Position numbers and translations under genes: made by a program. Positions 7,982 through 16,914 of a DNA stretch of 64,000 nucleotides are shown here, one piece after another; the stretch's first letter is position 1; each line of letters begins with the position of its first letter. The notes under the pieces were generated by a model. It saw only the letters and a program-made list of their open reading frames with translations, searched no databases and was not told where the DNA came from. Source of the stretch: a virus (taxonomy: Duplodnaviria > Caudoviricetes); the IMG/VR virus record IMGVR_UViG_3300020172_002590, positions 17,458 through 81,457 of that record, one strand, 5' to 3'.

Positions 7982-8503
7982 TCACACTTTGAAACCCCAG
8001 TTACCAAATCCACCACCATAATACAGAAGATATTTAGCAACTTTAATATTACATCTTGATTTTAGGAGAACTGTCATATCTCCCCAACGCTTTCCACAAA
8101 CTACTTGTGTTACCGTTGTCCAAGATGAATTGATTTGCAATAAACCAGAGTCATAAGAACTAATTGCATTACACTTCTTGTAAATATTAGCTGGGGCTAA
8201 TATACAATTCTTATGTGACTTACCTTTCTTATAATTCCAACCAATTGCTTTAGGTTGACACCTAGATTCTCTCCACATAATGTATGAAAAGATTTGTACA
8301 GGCAATCCTTCATCTTTAATCATTTGATGATATTTAGGACACCTATATTTTTGATCTTTTGGTATTTGTCTTTTTACCAAAGATATTTGTTGTTTTAATT
8401 CCTGTTCACTTATTTGTTCAGCCTGAACAGAATGGGCAGCAATACTGCTACCTAAGCTGATTATCAAAGTAATTGATAATAATCGTTTTATAAACCTAGA
8501 CAT
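7982..8503 (-). CDS. Secreted lytic transglycosylase (SLT/lysozyme-like fold)
   Basis: Signal peptide; WRESRC catalytic Glu motif; DSGLLQIN motif. Confidence 0.85.
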   Translation of the reverse strand: MSRFIKRLLSITLIISLGSSIAAHSVQAEQISEQELKQQISLVKRQIPKDQKYRCPKYHQMIKDEGLPVQIFSYIMWRESRCQPKAIGWNYKKGKSHKNCILAPANIYKKCNAISSYDSGLLQINSSWTTVTQVVCGKRWGDMTVLLKSRCNIKVAKYLLYYGGGFGNWGFKV

Positions 8504-8686
8504 ATTTCGCTCCTTTAGTTGTTGGGTTTACGATTCTGTTATACACAGATAACGCATTAGCATAAGCTAAGGTTGCGAAACGAGGTCATAGCATATTTAT
8601 CTACAATTCAATGCTCACTCGCTTCACTTACATTTATTCATAGGCATCACCTTTCCTTTAAAAAACAGATAAATACAATTATATCA
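8504..8686 (-). promoter_or_regulatory. Promoter (TGnTATAAT) and structured 5' leader with uORF and kink-turn
   Basis: TGATATAAT at about 8678-8686; uORF MNKCK at 8641-8624; hairpin 8575-8627 with k-turn geometry. Confidence 0.55.
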
Positions 8687-8701
8687 CTTAATGCAATATA
8701 G

Positions 8702-8775
8702 TGCCGAATATAGGAATTGAACCTATTCAAAAAACTTATAAGGTTTTCTCCGTCAAACCGTTCGGACCATTCGGC
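8702..8775 (-). tRNA. tRNA-Ile (anticodon UAU), atypical D-arm
   Basis: GCCGAAT/ATTCGGC acceptor, TCCG/CGGA D-stem, AAAAC-CTTATAA-GTTTT anticodon arm, ATAGG-TTCAATT-CCTAT T-arm. Confidence 0.85.
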
Positions 8776-8790
8776 TAATTAATCTACATA

Positions 8791-9168
8791 TTAATCATCT
8801 TCATAATTTTCAAACATTTCGTCAATCTCTTTCATTGCTTCTAACAATTGACTTAATACTTCTCTTGCTTTATGAACATTTAGCAATGGATTATCAAGAA
8901 GTTCTTCTCTAGCAATAGCATAATCTATAGCATAGTCTGAAAGCAATTTATCAACAGGAGTATTAGTTGCGTGTGAAACTAATCTCATAATAGTTGCCAT
9001 ATGATACATTAATCCATAGATCAAACCCGGCATAAACATATCATCAATATTCTTTTCATCATCTTTGAATGACTCCAATATTTTTTCCATTGAATTCATA
9101 TCTTCTGATATGTAAGAAGAAAATATCTGCAATGCGTAATCAGTATATAGATCATTTTTATCAGCCAT
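8791..9168 (-). CDS. Hypothetical acidic helical protein
   Basis: 125 aa ORF. Confidence 0.8.
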   Translation of the reverse strand: MADKNDLYTDYALQIFSSYISEDMNSMEKILESFKDDEKNIDDMFMPGLIYGLMYHMATIMRLVSHATNTPVDKLLSDYAIDYAIAREELLDNPLLNVHKAREVLSQLLEAMKEIDEMFENYEDD

Positions 9169-9236
9169 CTCTAACCCCTAACAAAATAATTGTCATAAAA
9201 GTTATAACAATAGCCATACTGAAAATACGAAACATT

Positions 9237-9803
9237 TTATGCTTGTTCCTTTTCGGCAGCTAATTGCTTTCTGAATGCTTCCATATATATCTTTGATGCA
9301 ATGTCTGCTTCTGTTGGCTTACCAAAATCATACACTTCTGCTGGCTCCCAAGTGATTTTTAAATCTCCATGCCATCTTGACATTTTATCTTCAAAAAATA
9401 CAAATCGGAAATAGTCATCATTCTCTTCACCTTTGAAGGAAATATAATCTCCATCTCTTGTATAACCAGCAAAGCATTGCAAGAAATATTCTTCATTGCC
9501 GACCTTAGTGTAATAAGAAAGATTGATCAAATTACCATCTTCATCGAGTTCCCATTCAAAACCCAACTGTTGCAAAATATCAAACATATTCTTACAAGTT
9601 TCTGGATAGTTATATTCCATCCAAGAGAACCACTTATTTCTTGGATATCTTTCACCTTCAACATTGTCATTATTTGAACCATAAGATCCACCACGCTTCA
9701 ATTCGTGAAAATCATTTAGTTCACACATTTTTTTATAAATAGCATCAAAATGCTTTTTATCTACAAAGATGTTAGCTTCTTCTATGCTTACATAGTATCC
9801 CAT
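9237..9803 (-). CDS. Hypothetical phage protein
   Basis: 188 aa ORF; MGY start and YISFKGE motif seen in actinophage early proteins. Confidence 0.8.
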   Translation of the reverse strand: MGYYVSIEEANIFVDKKHFDAIYKKMCELNDFHELKRGGSYGSNNDNVEGERYPRNKWFSWMEYNYPETCKNMFDILQQLGFEWELDEDGNLINLSYYTKVGNEEYFLQCFAGYTRDGDYISFKGEENDDYFRFVFFEDKMSRWHGDLKITWEPAEVYDFGKPTEADIASKIYMEAFRKQLAAEKEQA

Positions 9804-9940
9804 TTTTATTTCTTTTCCTTTTTTTTATTTTGATAACCCTTTATGGGCGAGCAATTTGGTCACCTAATGCTACACCAGCATTTTTTTTGCTAAATGCAAA
9901 TGAAAATTGAGTATGCGCTAGAGCAACCATTACTTAGTTT

Positions 9941-10381
9941 TTAAATTTTTTGACTTACTATTTCCGTTGTATATTTATTAAATTTGTCCACATATTTCTC
10001 CCATCCATTTTGATGAACAGAAACATGACAGTTATGACATAGCAAAATAAGATTCGTATAATCATCTTCACCACCATTTGATACTGGAACAATATGATGA
10101 ACTTGAGCACGAATTGTTTCTACTTCTTTGTTGCATAGACGACATATTAAGTCATCCCTGTTTCTAATATAATTTCTTAATTCTTCATTTACTCCGTGTC
10201 TAAAAGTTCCTTTTTCAATCTTCTTTTGTGTTTTTTTATAATTATGATGCTTTACTTTTTCATCAATAACTTCTTTACACAAGTTATCCCCACACCATCT
10301 TTTTCTTCTATGAAAAGTTGTTTGTGGAATATAAAATGAATTCAGACAGCCAGCGCAAATAACCTTTCTATTGTTACTCAC
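9941..10381 (-). CDS. HNH endonuclease
   Basis: RDDLICRLC...VHHIVP...GG....NLILLCHNCH. Confidence 0.92.
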   Translation of the reverse strand: MSNNRKVICAGCLNSFYIPQTTFHRRKRWCGDNLCKEVIDEKVKHHNYKKTQKKIEKGTFRHGVNEELRNYIRNRDDLICRLCNKEVETIRAQVHHIVPVSNGGEDDYTNLILLCHNCHVSVHQNGWEKYVDKFNKYTTEIVSQKI

Positions 10382-10665
10382 AATTCTATTCCAATTTTCT
10401 CAAGTGGAGAACCACTCTTAATTTCTCCAATATTTTTGTATGGATACCTTAATTTAATTTCTTTTGAAAAAGCTGATCCAACAGAATCAGCTTTTAAAAC
10501 ACTTAAAATATCAAACATTGATACATCGTTATAAATACACGATTGATCATTATCAAAAATGACTCCAAGTAAACTCTTATCACCATCATTGTGATAATGC
10601 ATATACTTAATCATAGATGAATCAATATCTGACCAAATGATATTTACAACACCACTCTTATTCAA
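10378..10665 (-). CDS. KTSC-domain protein
   Basis: DSSMIK...Y...L.V.F...IYNDV...ADSVGSAF..EIK. Confidence 0.8.
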   Translation of the reverse strand: MNKSGVVNIIWSDIDSSMIKYMHYHNDGDKSLLGVIFDNDQSCIYNDVSMFDILSVLKADSVGSAFSKEIKLRYPYKNIGEIKSGSPLEKIGIEL

Positions 10666-10975
10666 TGTCTTTTCCTTTCTCTATATCTTCTGGCGTTAGC
10701 CCTCTTGCAACCAAATCTGTATGATAAGCAATATTCTTTGTTATCTCTCTAGATGTTGCTGAATTTGGATTGTAAAAGAATTCTTTTACATACCCCGATG
10801 AATTTGAATCAGTTGAATATAAGAATATTCGCGCATTCCAATTGTCAGGTTTAAAACCAAACTGATTTTGAAATACTTGTCCCGCCATTGAAACCGCTTC
10901 TTGAACAGAACCTACAGAATCAATTTTAATTGGGAACCTATATTCAACAATGAAATATTCATTATGCTTAGGCAA
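10658..10975 (-). CDS. Hypothetical protein
   Basis: AGGAG RBS; 105 aa. Confidence 0.75.
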   Translation of the reverse strand: MPKHNEYFIVEYRFPIKIDSVGSVQEAVSMAGQVFQNQFGFKPDNWNARIFLYSTDSNSSGYVKEFFYNPNSATSREITKNIAYHTDLVARGLTPEDIEKGKDIE

Positions 10976-11152
10976 TTAATACTCCTATCATTATTATTGC
11001 GTATGCAATAAGCATAAAAAACAAAATGGGTAATGCAATGATAAATAAAAAGATACATATCATTGCTAAAGCTGAACAGTACAAAAAATGCATAAAGCAA
11101 CTTTCTTCTAGGCTAGAAGAAAGTCTATACCGAACTCAACCAAAATGTCTTG

Positions 11153-12586
11153 TTACTTATTCGTTAGTTTATAAATTTTGCAGATTAGTTTAGCGATTTT
11201 GTCATCTGCTACGTCCCTAAACATTCTACCAACCATATCTCCATCACTAATTCCAGTAGAATAGTGATCCCATTCGTGAACAATAGTACCGATCATTTTT
11301 TCAATACTTGTTTTGAATACTGTCTCTTCGTTAATAAGAACGATTTTCTTCTTATCTCCATCCTCATTAATATCTACAGTCATTGCTAAGACCATATCTT
11401 CTTCATCAAATGGTGTATAAAATCCAACCTTATCTTTGATTTCAATGACTTCTGGAAGTACGGATATTACCATATCTAAAGCTTGAACTACCATCGGATA
11501 ATTTTCAATATTAAAATGGTAGTTATATTTCAGAGATTCCCCAAAAATATCGTCAACACAAGAAATACCTAATCTTCTCATAAAAGAATAAACACCTTCG
11601 TGGTCTACTTTTAGAGATAGGAAACCTTTTGCTTCAATCGTTTTTAGAGCATTAATGGTAGCAAAATGTTCCATAATCATTACACTATTTAAATATTCAC
11701 TATCAAACACTTCTTCCCAAAGGCTATTTTTTGTGTTTATATTTTGATAAGTATAATCAGTAATAGATTCTTTTTCGTAAAGTCTATCACCTTCATTTTC
11801 AAAGAAATATTGAAGAATTGTGCTGATTACTTCTCTATCTTTAACACTTGATAATGATGTAAGAATTTTATAATTCATAGAGAAATTGCCATCTACAGTT
11901 CTATCTTCATTCAGATCAAGATTACTAATATCATAATCAAACATACCTGGAAGATTTTCTCCACCATAATTATTAACTGATTTTTCTGAAGTAAAGACAA
12001 GAATGCCCTTACAATAAACTCTAAATGAATCATCAATAGGTTCGTAAAGTTTAAACCAACTATCTGAATAGATTGGCTTCCTATTTACACAAAAATACTT
12101 ATCAAAGTTTTTATGAATTTCTAGCAGCTCATCAGTAGCAGTAATATAAACAGAAAACTCACCGGAGACTGGAACAAATTCATCAACATCTACTATTTCA
12201 ATATTCCAACCATTGCCATTAAGAGTATCTTCATCAATGGCATTAGATACTACTTCACGATAAATTTGAAACTCATCTTTCCAAGAAAGTACACCTGCAT
12301 CTGCAGAAAAAGATGAAGGCTTTTCATAATCTTGATACTTATAAAATACGGAAGGAATTCCTTCATCATCTTTAATGATGTATTCTAAGACATAATTGCC
12401 CTTACTATCCTCTCCTGTAAATGCCCATCTCATTCCTTTGCGAATTGCAGCAATTGGAGCAAACTTAATTCCAGAACCGAACTGTCCAATTGTCTGATCA
12501 TTATCCCGTTTTGTTGACATACCTAATTTCTCAAGTGATAGTCTGTTTACATTGCTTACATAATTTGTTACTTTAATGTATTTCAT
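11153..12586 (-). CDS. GHKL (HATPase_c/Hsp90-like) ATPase fused to a C-terminal HExxH zincin-like domain
   Basis: LGMSTK...IGQFGSGIK, REVVSNAID and HEWDH motifs. Confidence 0.8.
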   Translation of the reverse strand: MKYIKVTNYVSNVNRLSLEKLGMSTKRDNDQTIGQFGSGIKFAPIAAIRKGMRWAFTGEDSKGNYVLEYIIKDDEGIPSVFYKYQDYEKPSSFSADAGVLSWKDEFQIYREVVSNAIDEDTLNGNGWNIEIVDVDEFVPVSGEFSVYITATDELLEIHKNFDKYFCVNRKPIYSDSWFKLYEPIDDSFRVYCKGILVFTSEKSVNNYGGENLPGMFDYDISNLDLNEDRTVDGNFSMNYKILTSLSSVKDREVISTILQYFFENEGDRLYEKESITDYTYQNINTKNSLWEEVFDSEYLNSVMIMEHFATINALKTIEAKGFLSLKVDHEGVYSFMRRLGISCVDDIFGESLKYNYHFNIENYPMVVQALDMVISVLPEVIEIKDKVGFYTPFDEEDMVLAMTVDINEDGDKKKIVLINEETVFKTSIEKMIGTIVHEWDHYSTGISDGDMVGRMFRDVADDKIAKLICKIYKLTNK

Positions 12587-12611
12587 AATATTTTTCTCTC
12601 TTTATGGTAGC

Positions 12612-12649
12612 GACATTTGGGGATAGATATTTCACTATCCCCAAACGTC
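12612..12649 (-). terminator. Intergenic hairpin (terminator or processing site)
   Basis: GACGTTTGGGGATAG...CTATCCCCAAATGTC; no U-tract on the minus strand. Confidence 0.55.
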
Positions 12650-12658
12650 ATTTTATTT

Positions 12659-13303
12659 TTAAACCAAATCCAATGGCACTGTAGCAGTTACTTCAGTATT
12701 CAAAAGTTTTTTGGCATTCTCAACAGCAGTTGAATACTCATTCAACTCATTGATAAATTCAATACGTAATTCTGAACGAATTGCATCTCTTGTATGAGCA
12801 ATAATAGATTCACGCACTTCTGCAATCAAATCTTTTTGCTCAAGACGAGACAAAGCATCTGCGATATCAGAAACGAATTCATCATCCTTAAGCAAAAAGT
12901 ACCGCATAGCATTTCTAATTGCTTGAGTTGCAAGTTCAGCAGTTGTACAACCACTTAATGGACTGTATTGTTCAAGCAATTTTTGAATATCAGACTCAGT
13001 ATCATTTTCAATATAATCACTAAAGTCAATATTACGAATATGGTCTTCAATATCAAAATGATAATCCATCCAGTTGCTAATGCTATCACTGATATCATAA
13101 TCATCTCGAATGTAATCAATCACTTTTTCAGTGACTTCATCTTGAAAGTCATCCTTTACTGCTTCAGCAATTGACTCTTTAATATTTTCTTGAACAAGTG
13201 CAGAAATTTTTTCGACTGCCTGATTGTCAATACCCAATGTTACGTTAAGATGTTCCATTTTATTTATCCTTCTGTGTCTGCAATTTGCATAGCGTAATCC
13301 CAA
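12659..13303 (-). CDS. Hypothetical highly acidic helical protein
   Basis: D/E-rich repeats; start probably near 13258. Confidence 0.75.
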   Translation of the reverse strand: MGLRYANCRHRRINKMEHLNVTLGIDNQAVEKISALVQENIKESIAEAVKDDFQDEVTEKVIDYIRDDYDISDSISNWMDYHFDIEDHIRNIDFSDYIENDTESDIQKLLEQYSPLSGCTTAELATQAIRNAMRYFLLKDDEFVSDIADALSRLEQKDLIAEVRESIIAHTRDAIRSELRIEFINELNEYSTAVENAKKLLNTEVTATVPLDLV

Positions 13304-13626
13304 AGATAGGAATCACTTGGTACTTTAACTTCAGCGTGATCAAACCAATCAGCATAATGATAAGTTAATTCAGAAGGATTTCCATCATCATCAACTTTTA
13401 ATTCAAGCCAATCAGCAGGACCACCTGTTGATAAAAGAATTTTAATTACTTTAAATTTAGAAATTTCGAGAGCCAAATTATTCAACTCTTCCAAAGCTTC
13501 TTCTTGCTTTTCTTCATCAATGTCATCATCTCCAAGAATGTCATTGATTTCTTCAAGCTGTTCGCTACGACTAATCATTTGGTCATAGACAAGTTCTGCA
13601 CAAGTCTTTTTCTCTACTGTACTCAT
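13264..13626 (-). CDS. Hypothetical acidic phage protein
   Basis: LLSTGGPADW...YHYADWFD motif. Confidence 0.8.
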   Translation of the reverse strand: MSTVEKKTCAELVYDQMISRSEQLEEINDILGDDDIDEEKQEEALEELNNLALEISKFKVIKILLSTGGPADWLELKVDDDGNPSELTYHYADWFDHAEVKVPSDSYLWDYAMQIADTEG

Positions 13627-14066
13627 AATTCTGTATACTCCTTGATATACTCATTGAATTGTTCTAAAGATTCAGAATACTCTAGAATTTTTTTTATATT
13701 TTCAAATTGACTTTTAATCAAAATAAAAGCCAATTGGATCTTTTGTTGAACAACATATTCTTCATAATCAATAAAATCATCATTAGGATAATTGATTGTT
13801 CTATTATCTTTGTCAATTGGTTTTAACCAACCTCCAAGTCTGCCATCAATTTCAAACCCCTCAAATCCAAATTCTTTGAGAATATAATTTGTTTGATGAA
13901 AGAATGTTTCACTAGCTTCAACGTAAGCTTTTTCAAATTCTTCATTGCTCATCTTGTAATAATGAGCATAATATTTAATTTTAAAAGCATATGACCCATT
14001 ATGGCTATACTGAACAAAAGTATTTCTACATTTTGGAATAGATAAAAATGTATTAGTCATAGTCAT
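13623..14066 (-). CDS. Hypothetical phage protein
   Basis: DGRLGGWL motif. Confidence 0.75.
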   Translation of the reverse strand: MTMTNTFLSIPKCRNTFVQYSHNGSYAFKIKYYAHYYKMSNEEFEKAYVEASETFFHQTNYILKEFGFEGFEIDGRLGGWLKPIDKDNRTINYPNDDFIDYEEYVVQQKIQLAFILIKSQFENIKKILEYSESLEQFNEYIKEYTEL

Positions 14067-14493
14067 AATCTCTTTCTATTTGCGATTCATAGCTTTTACC
14101 ACATTTTGGACAAGACCAATAAGTTGTTCCACGAAAAGATTCTTTTAATACAACTCCATCAAAGTCGCATTTTTCAACAATAACTTCTGGAGCAATTTCT
14201 GGCATATTAAACAATGAATTTAAATGTGCTAAATGACGGTAGATACCATCTTTAGCTTTTTCTATTTCCTCTGTTCTGTTTACTTTCTTTCCAAATTCGC
14301 TGCAATAATTAAAAGCATATTCTGAAATACGAACATAGCTAAAATTTTCATTCCAACACTCAAATTCTTCTTCAAACTCAGCGTCAGGCCCAGCAATTTC
14401 GTATTCATTACCAGTAACTCCTGGTGGATAATTACTCATATCACTTTTTCTCCTTTTTTGATTTCCTTTTGTTACCCCTTTTGAGGATAACAA
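14053..14493 (-). CDS. Hypothetical protein with C-terminal Zn ribbon
   Basis: SNYPPGVTG...WSCPKCG; start probably near 14439. Confidence 0.75.
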   Translation of the reverse strand: MLSSKGVTKGNQKRRKSDMSNYPPGVTGNEYEIAGPDAEFEEEFECWNENFSYVRISEYAFNYCSEFGKKVNRTEEIEKAKDGIYRHLAHLNSLFNMPEIAPEVIVEKCDFDGVVLKESFRGTTYWSCPKCGKSYESQIERDYDYD

Positions 14494-14709
14494 AAGGAAT
14501 ATTCAAAACTTTTTTTATTTCCGATATTTTAACTGGCACATCAAAGTTAAGATTTTCATCCATTTTCAAACTTTTCAATTTCACTATAAGTGTAAGAAAT
14601 ATTTCCAATAAAATTAGAAATACTGTTTCTTTCTTCTAGCAAGTCAGCAATTTGCTTTGCTTCATTTAATGATTCAAGTTCGAGAATAGTTTCATTAATA
14701 ACTTTAATT

Positions 14710-15006
14710 TTAAATTTTGTTGTTGTCATTAGTTTTTACTACCTTAATAGAAACATCTTTGGCAATAACGCTACGTTGTGCAAGAATTTTACTTCTTTCT
14801 TTTGGAGTTGTGCCTCCCCAAATACCAAAAGCTTCTTCATTTTTTAAAGCATATTCTAGACATTCCGCTCTCACAGAACAAATCTTACAAAAAGCTTTAA
14901 TTTCAGCAGATTGCTTTGCTGAACCTTTTACCCCAGGTTCAGGGTAAAACAATTCTGTATCTTGACCAAAACATGCAGCGTTATTACGCCAAGTTTCATT
15001 ATTCAT
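14710..15006 (-). CDS. whiB: WhiB-family Fe-S transcription factor
   Basis: WRNNAAC...LFYP...CKICSVRAECLEYAL...GIWGGTT..ER. Confidence 0.95.
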   Translation of the reverse strand: MNNETWRNNAACFGQDTELFYPEPGVKGSAKQSAEIKAFCKICSVRAECLEYALKNEEAFGIWGGTTPKERSKILAQRSVIAKDVSIKVVKTNDNNKI

Positions 15007-15391
15007 TTATCTCCCAATATGGTAATGATTTTGATTCTTCTCTCATAACAGGCAAAACCTCAGACATAAGAAAAGAGTAATAGTCTTCAATATTAAAACC
15101 ATCAGCGATTAGATTGCTAATGATATTAGAATAGTTAAAACACAAGGCCAGGATTACTCCAAATACATTGTCTTCAACTAAAATATCTTCACTATTTTCT
15201 CCATCTTCATAGCATAAATTAATACACTGCATCATAAATGTCATTCTATCTTCATCAGATGTAAAATCTGTTGTAGACATAATATTTACAATGTTTTCGA
15301 GAATAAAATGTGAATCTGAACCGTCAGTCATACCGTCTGCCATTTCAGTTCTCATTTTTTCAATATGATCAAAGTCTTCTTTCTTAAACAT
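14999..15391 (-). CDS. Hypothetical acidic protein
   Basis: 130 aa ORF. Confidence 0.75.
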   Translation of the reverse strand: MFKKEDFDHIEKMRTEMADGMTDGSDSHFILENIVNIMSTTDFTSDEDRMTFMMQCINLCYEDGENSEDILVEDNVFGVILALCFNYSNIISNLIADGFNIEDYYSFLMSEVLPVMREESKSLPYWEINE

Positions 15392-15405
15392 TTAAAACTT
15401 TCTAC

Positions 15406-15900
15406 TCAGAACAATTCGTTAATTGCTTCAGCAAGTGAACCTGTAGCATTATTGAAATCATATACCTTTTCATCAGCATCATCAAATTTAATAACGCTAC
15501 CAAAGATATTCTTATTTGCAATGTTAACAGCAATAGCAAGAGCAACTCTACGCCTATCTGGATGCTTACTTGGAGCTCCATCTACTTCTCCATCATCATT
15601 CAAAGGTGCAGCCCAACCTGTTGTTACAACGCTTACATATTCAAATAGCAAATGCTTGTTTTGATTTCCAATCTCTTGAATAAGATCATACACATCTGGA
15701 TTGAAATCAATAAGTACAGACTTAAGTTCTCCTTTTTCATTAGTTGAAATTCCATATGCTTTGGCATCTGTAATCTCAGGGTGAACAGCAGAGATATCAA
15801 AAATCTCATCCAATAGTGTTTCGTTTTTGTCTTTCATTTTTTTTCCTTTGTTATTGTTGTTGTTATTTTTTGTTTGAATCGAATAGATACTCTGTATCAA
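15406..15900 (-). CDS. Hypothetical actinophage protein
   Basis: TTGWAAP...PSKHPDRRRV motif; start probably near 15837. Confidence 0.8.
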   Translation of the reverse strand: MIQSIYSIQTKNNNNNNKGKKMKDKNETLLDEIFDISAVHPEITDAKAYGISTNEKGELKSVLIDFNPDVYDLIQEIGNQNKHLLFEYVSVVTTGWAAPLNDDGEVDGAPSKHPDRRRVALAIAVNIANKNIFGSVIKFDDADEKVYDFNNATGSLAEAINELF

Positions 15901-16450
15901 ATTCGTTTTCGATTAGATCAGCTTGGTATGATTCTTTACATTCGCCATTAATCCAAATGTTCTTTCCACAGAAACCCATTCCTTCTTCTTGATAGTAAAG
16001 ACAGAACAAAAGGTTTGGATAATCCATTGCAATTTTTTCAAATGCTTCAATAGGTGGAGACCAAGCAGTTGAAAAATCAAAATCAATTTCAATACGCCCT
16101 CTTGAAAGCATAGGGGGATTGAAAAACAAATCACTTTCTGGCCATTTAGTTCCCCATTTCTCAATTCGCCATTGATACCAATCAGGATAACCAAATTTTT
16201 CAATATTAGTTTTTTGAGTATCGTTATGCACCATAGGAGCATCACCAATTAACAAATCTGTAGGTGTTGGATAAAGATTTTCCAAAAGACTAACATTAAC
16301 TTCTCCGTGTTGAAATTCTTCAAGAACAACTTCTGTTGTTTCTACTACATTATTGTATTGATCAAGCTTACGAGAAATGATACTAAGAAATTGCATCATA
16401 TCTTTTTCTTCGCCATAAACATATAAATTATTTGAGCACCAATTAGGCAT
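15863..16450 (-). CDS. DUF1281/YubB ferredoxin-like protein
   Basis: MPNWCSN...WYQWRIEKWGTKW...FSTAWSPP...EEGMGFCG. Confidence 0.88.
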   Translation of the reverse strand: MPNWCSNNLYVYGEEKDMMQFLSIISRKLDQYNNVVETTEVVLEEFQHGEVNVSLLENLYPTPTDLLIGDAPMVHNDTQKTNIEKFGYPDWYQWRIEKWGTKWPESDLFFNPPMLSRGRIEIDFDFSTAWSPPIEAFEKIAMDYPNLLFCLYYQEEGMGFCGKNIWINGECKESYQADLIENEFDTEYLFDSNKK

Positions 16451-16708
16451 CTTGTTCTACTTTCTTATTGCTGTTTTTATTTGCACATTCATAACAGATA
16501 TTTGTGATATCATCAAGGCAACCCAAAATCCAAGCATCAATGCCTGACCAAACGATATTTTCTTTGGTATCACATTCTTTACATTTACTCACTATCTTCT
16601 TCTTTCTTGAATAAATCATCCCAAGATGATTTTACATACTTGACATTTCCTTTTTCATCAACATAAGCTGTTAGCACCATTGTTGCACTAAACAGTTCTG
16701 AATTATTT

Positions 16709-16912
16709 TCATTTTCCATTATTTTCTTCCTTCATTAATTGATTAATCAGCCATCTTGCTTTTATAAAATTCGGATGTTCTTGATTATGAATAGCAAGAT
16801 TTCTATTCAACCATCCGATATCTTTTTTCCTACGTTCCGGTATTGTCATACCAATAAGAGCATCTTGAAGTAAATCCATCATTTGCTCTTTATCTAATTT
16901 CTCAGGTTCCAT
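16709..16912 (-). CDS. Hypothetical protein
   Basis: ORF; WLNRNLAIHN..HPNF. Confidence 0.7.
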   Translation of the reverse strand: MEPEKLDKEQMMDLLQDALIGMTIPERRKKDIGWLNRNLAIHNQEHPNFIKARWLINQLMKEENNGK

Positions 16913-16914
16913 TT

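Noticed and set aside
8504-8660. c-di-AMP or c-di-GMP-II riboswitch
   Set aside because: Only fragmentary word matches; the core consensus and pseudoknot are absent and the k-turn orientation differs.
15913-16248. Other alternative-frame and antisense ORFs (e.g. 15913-16248, 4157-4498, 59811-60173, 62498-62947)
   Set aside because: They lie largely or wholly within well-supported genes and have no recognisable motifs.
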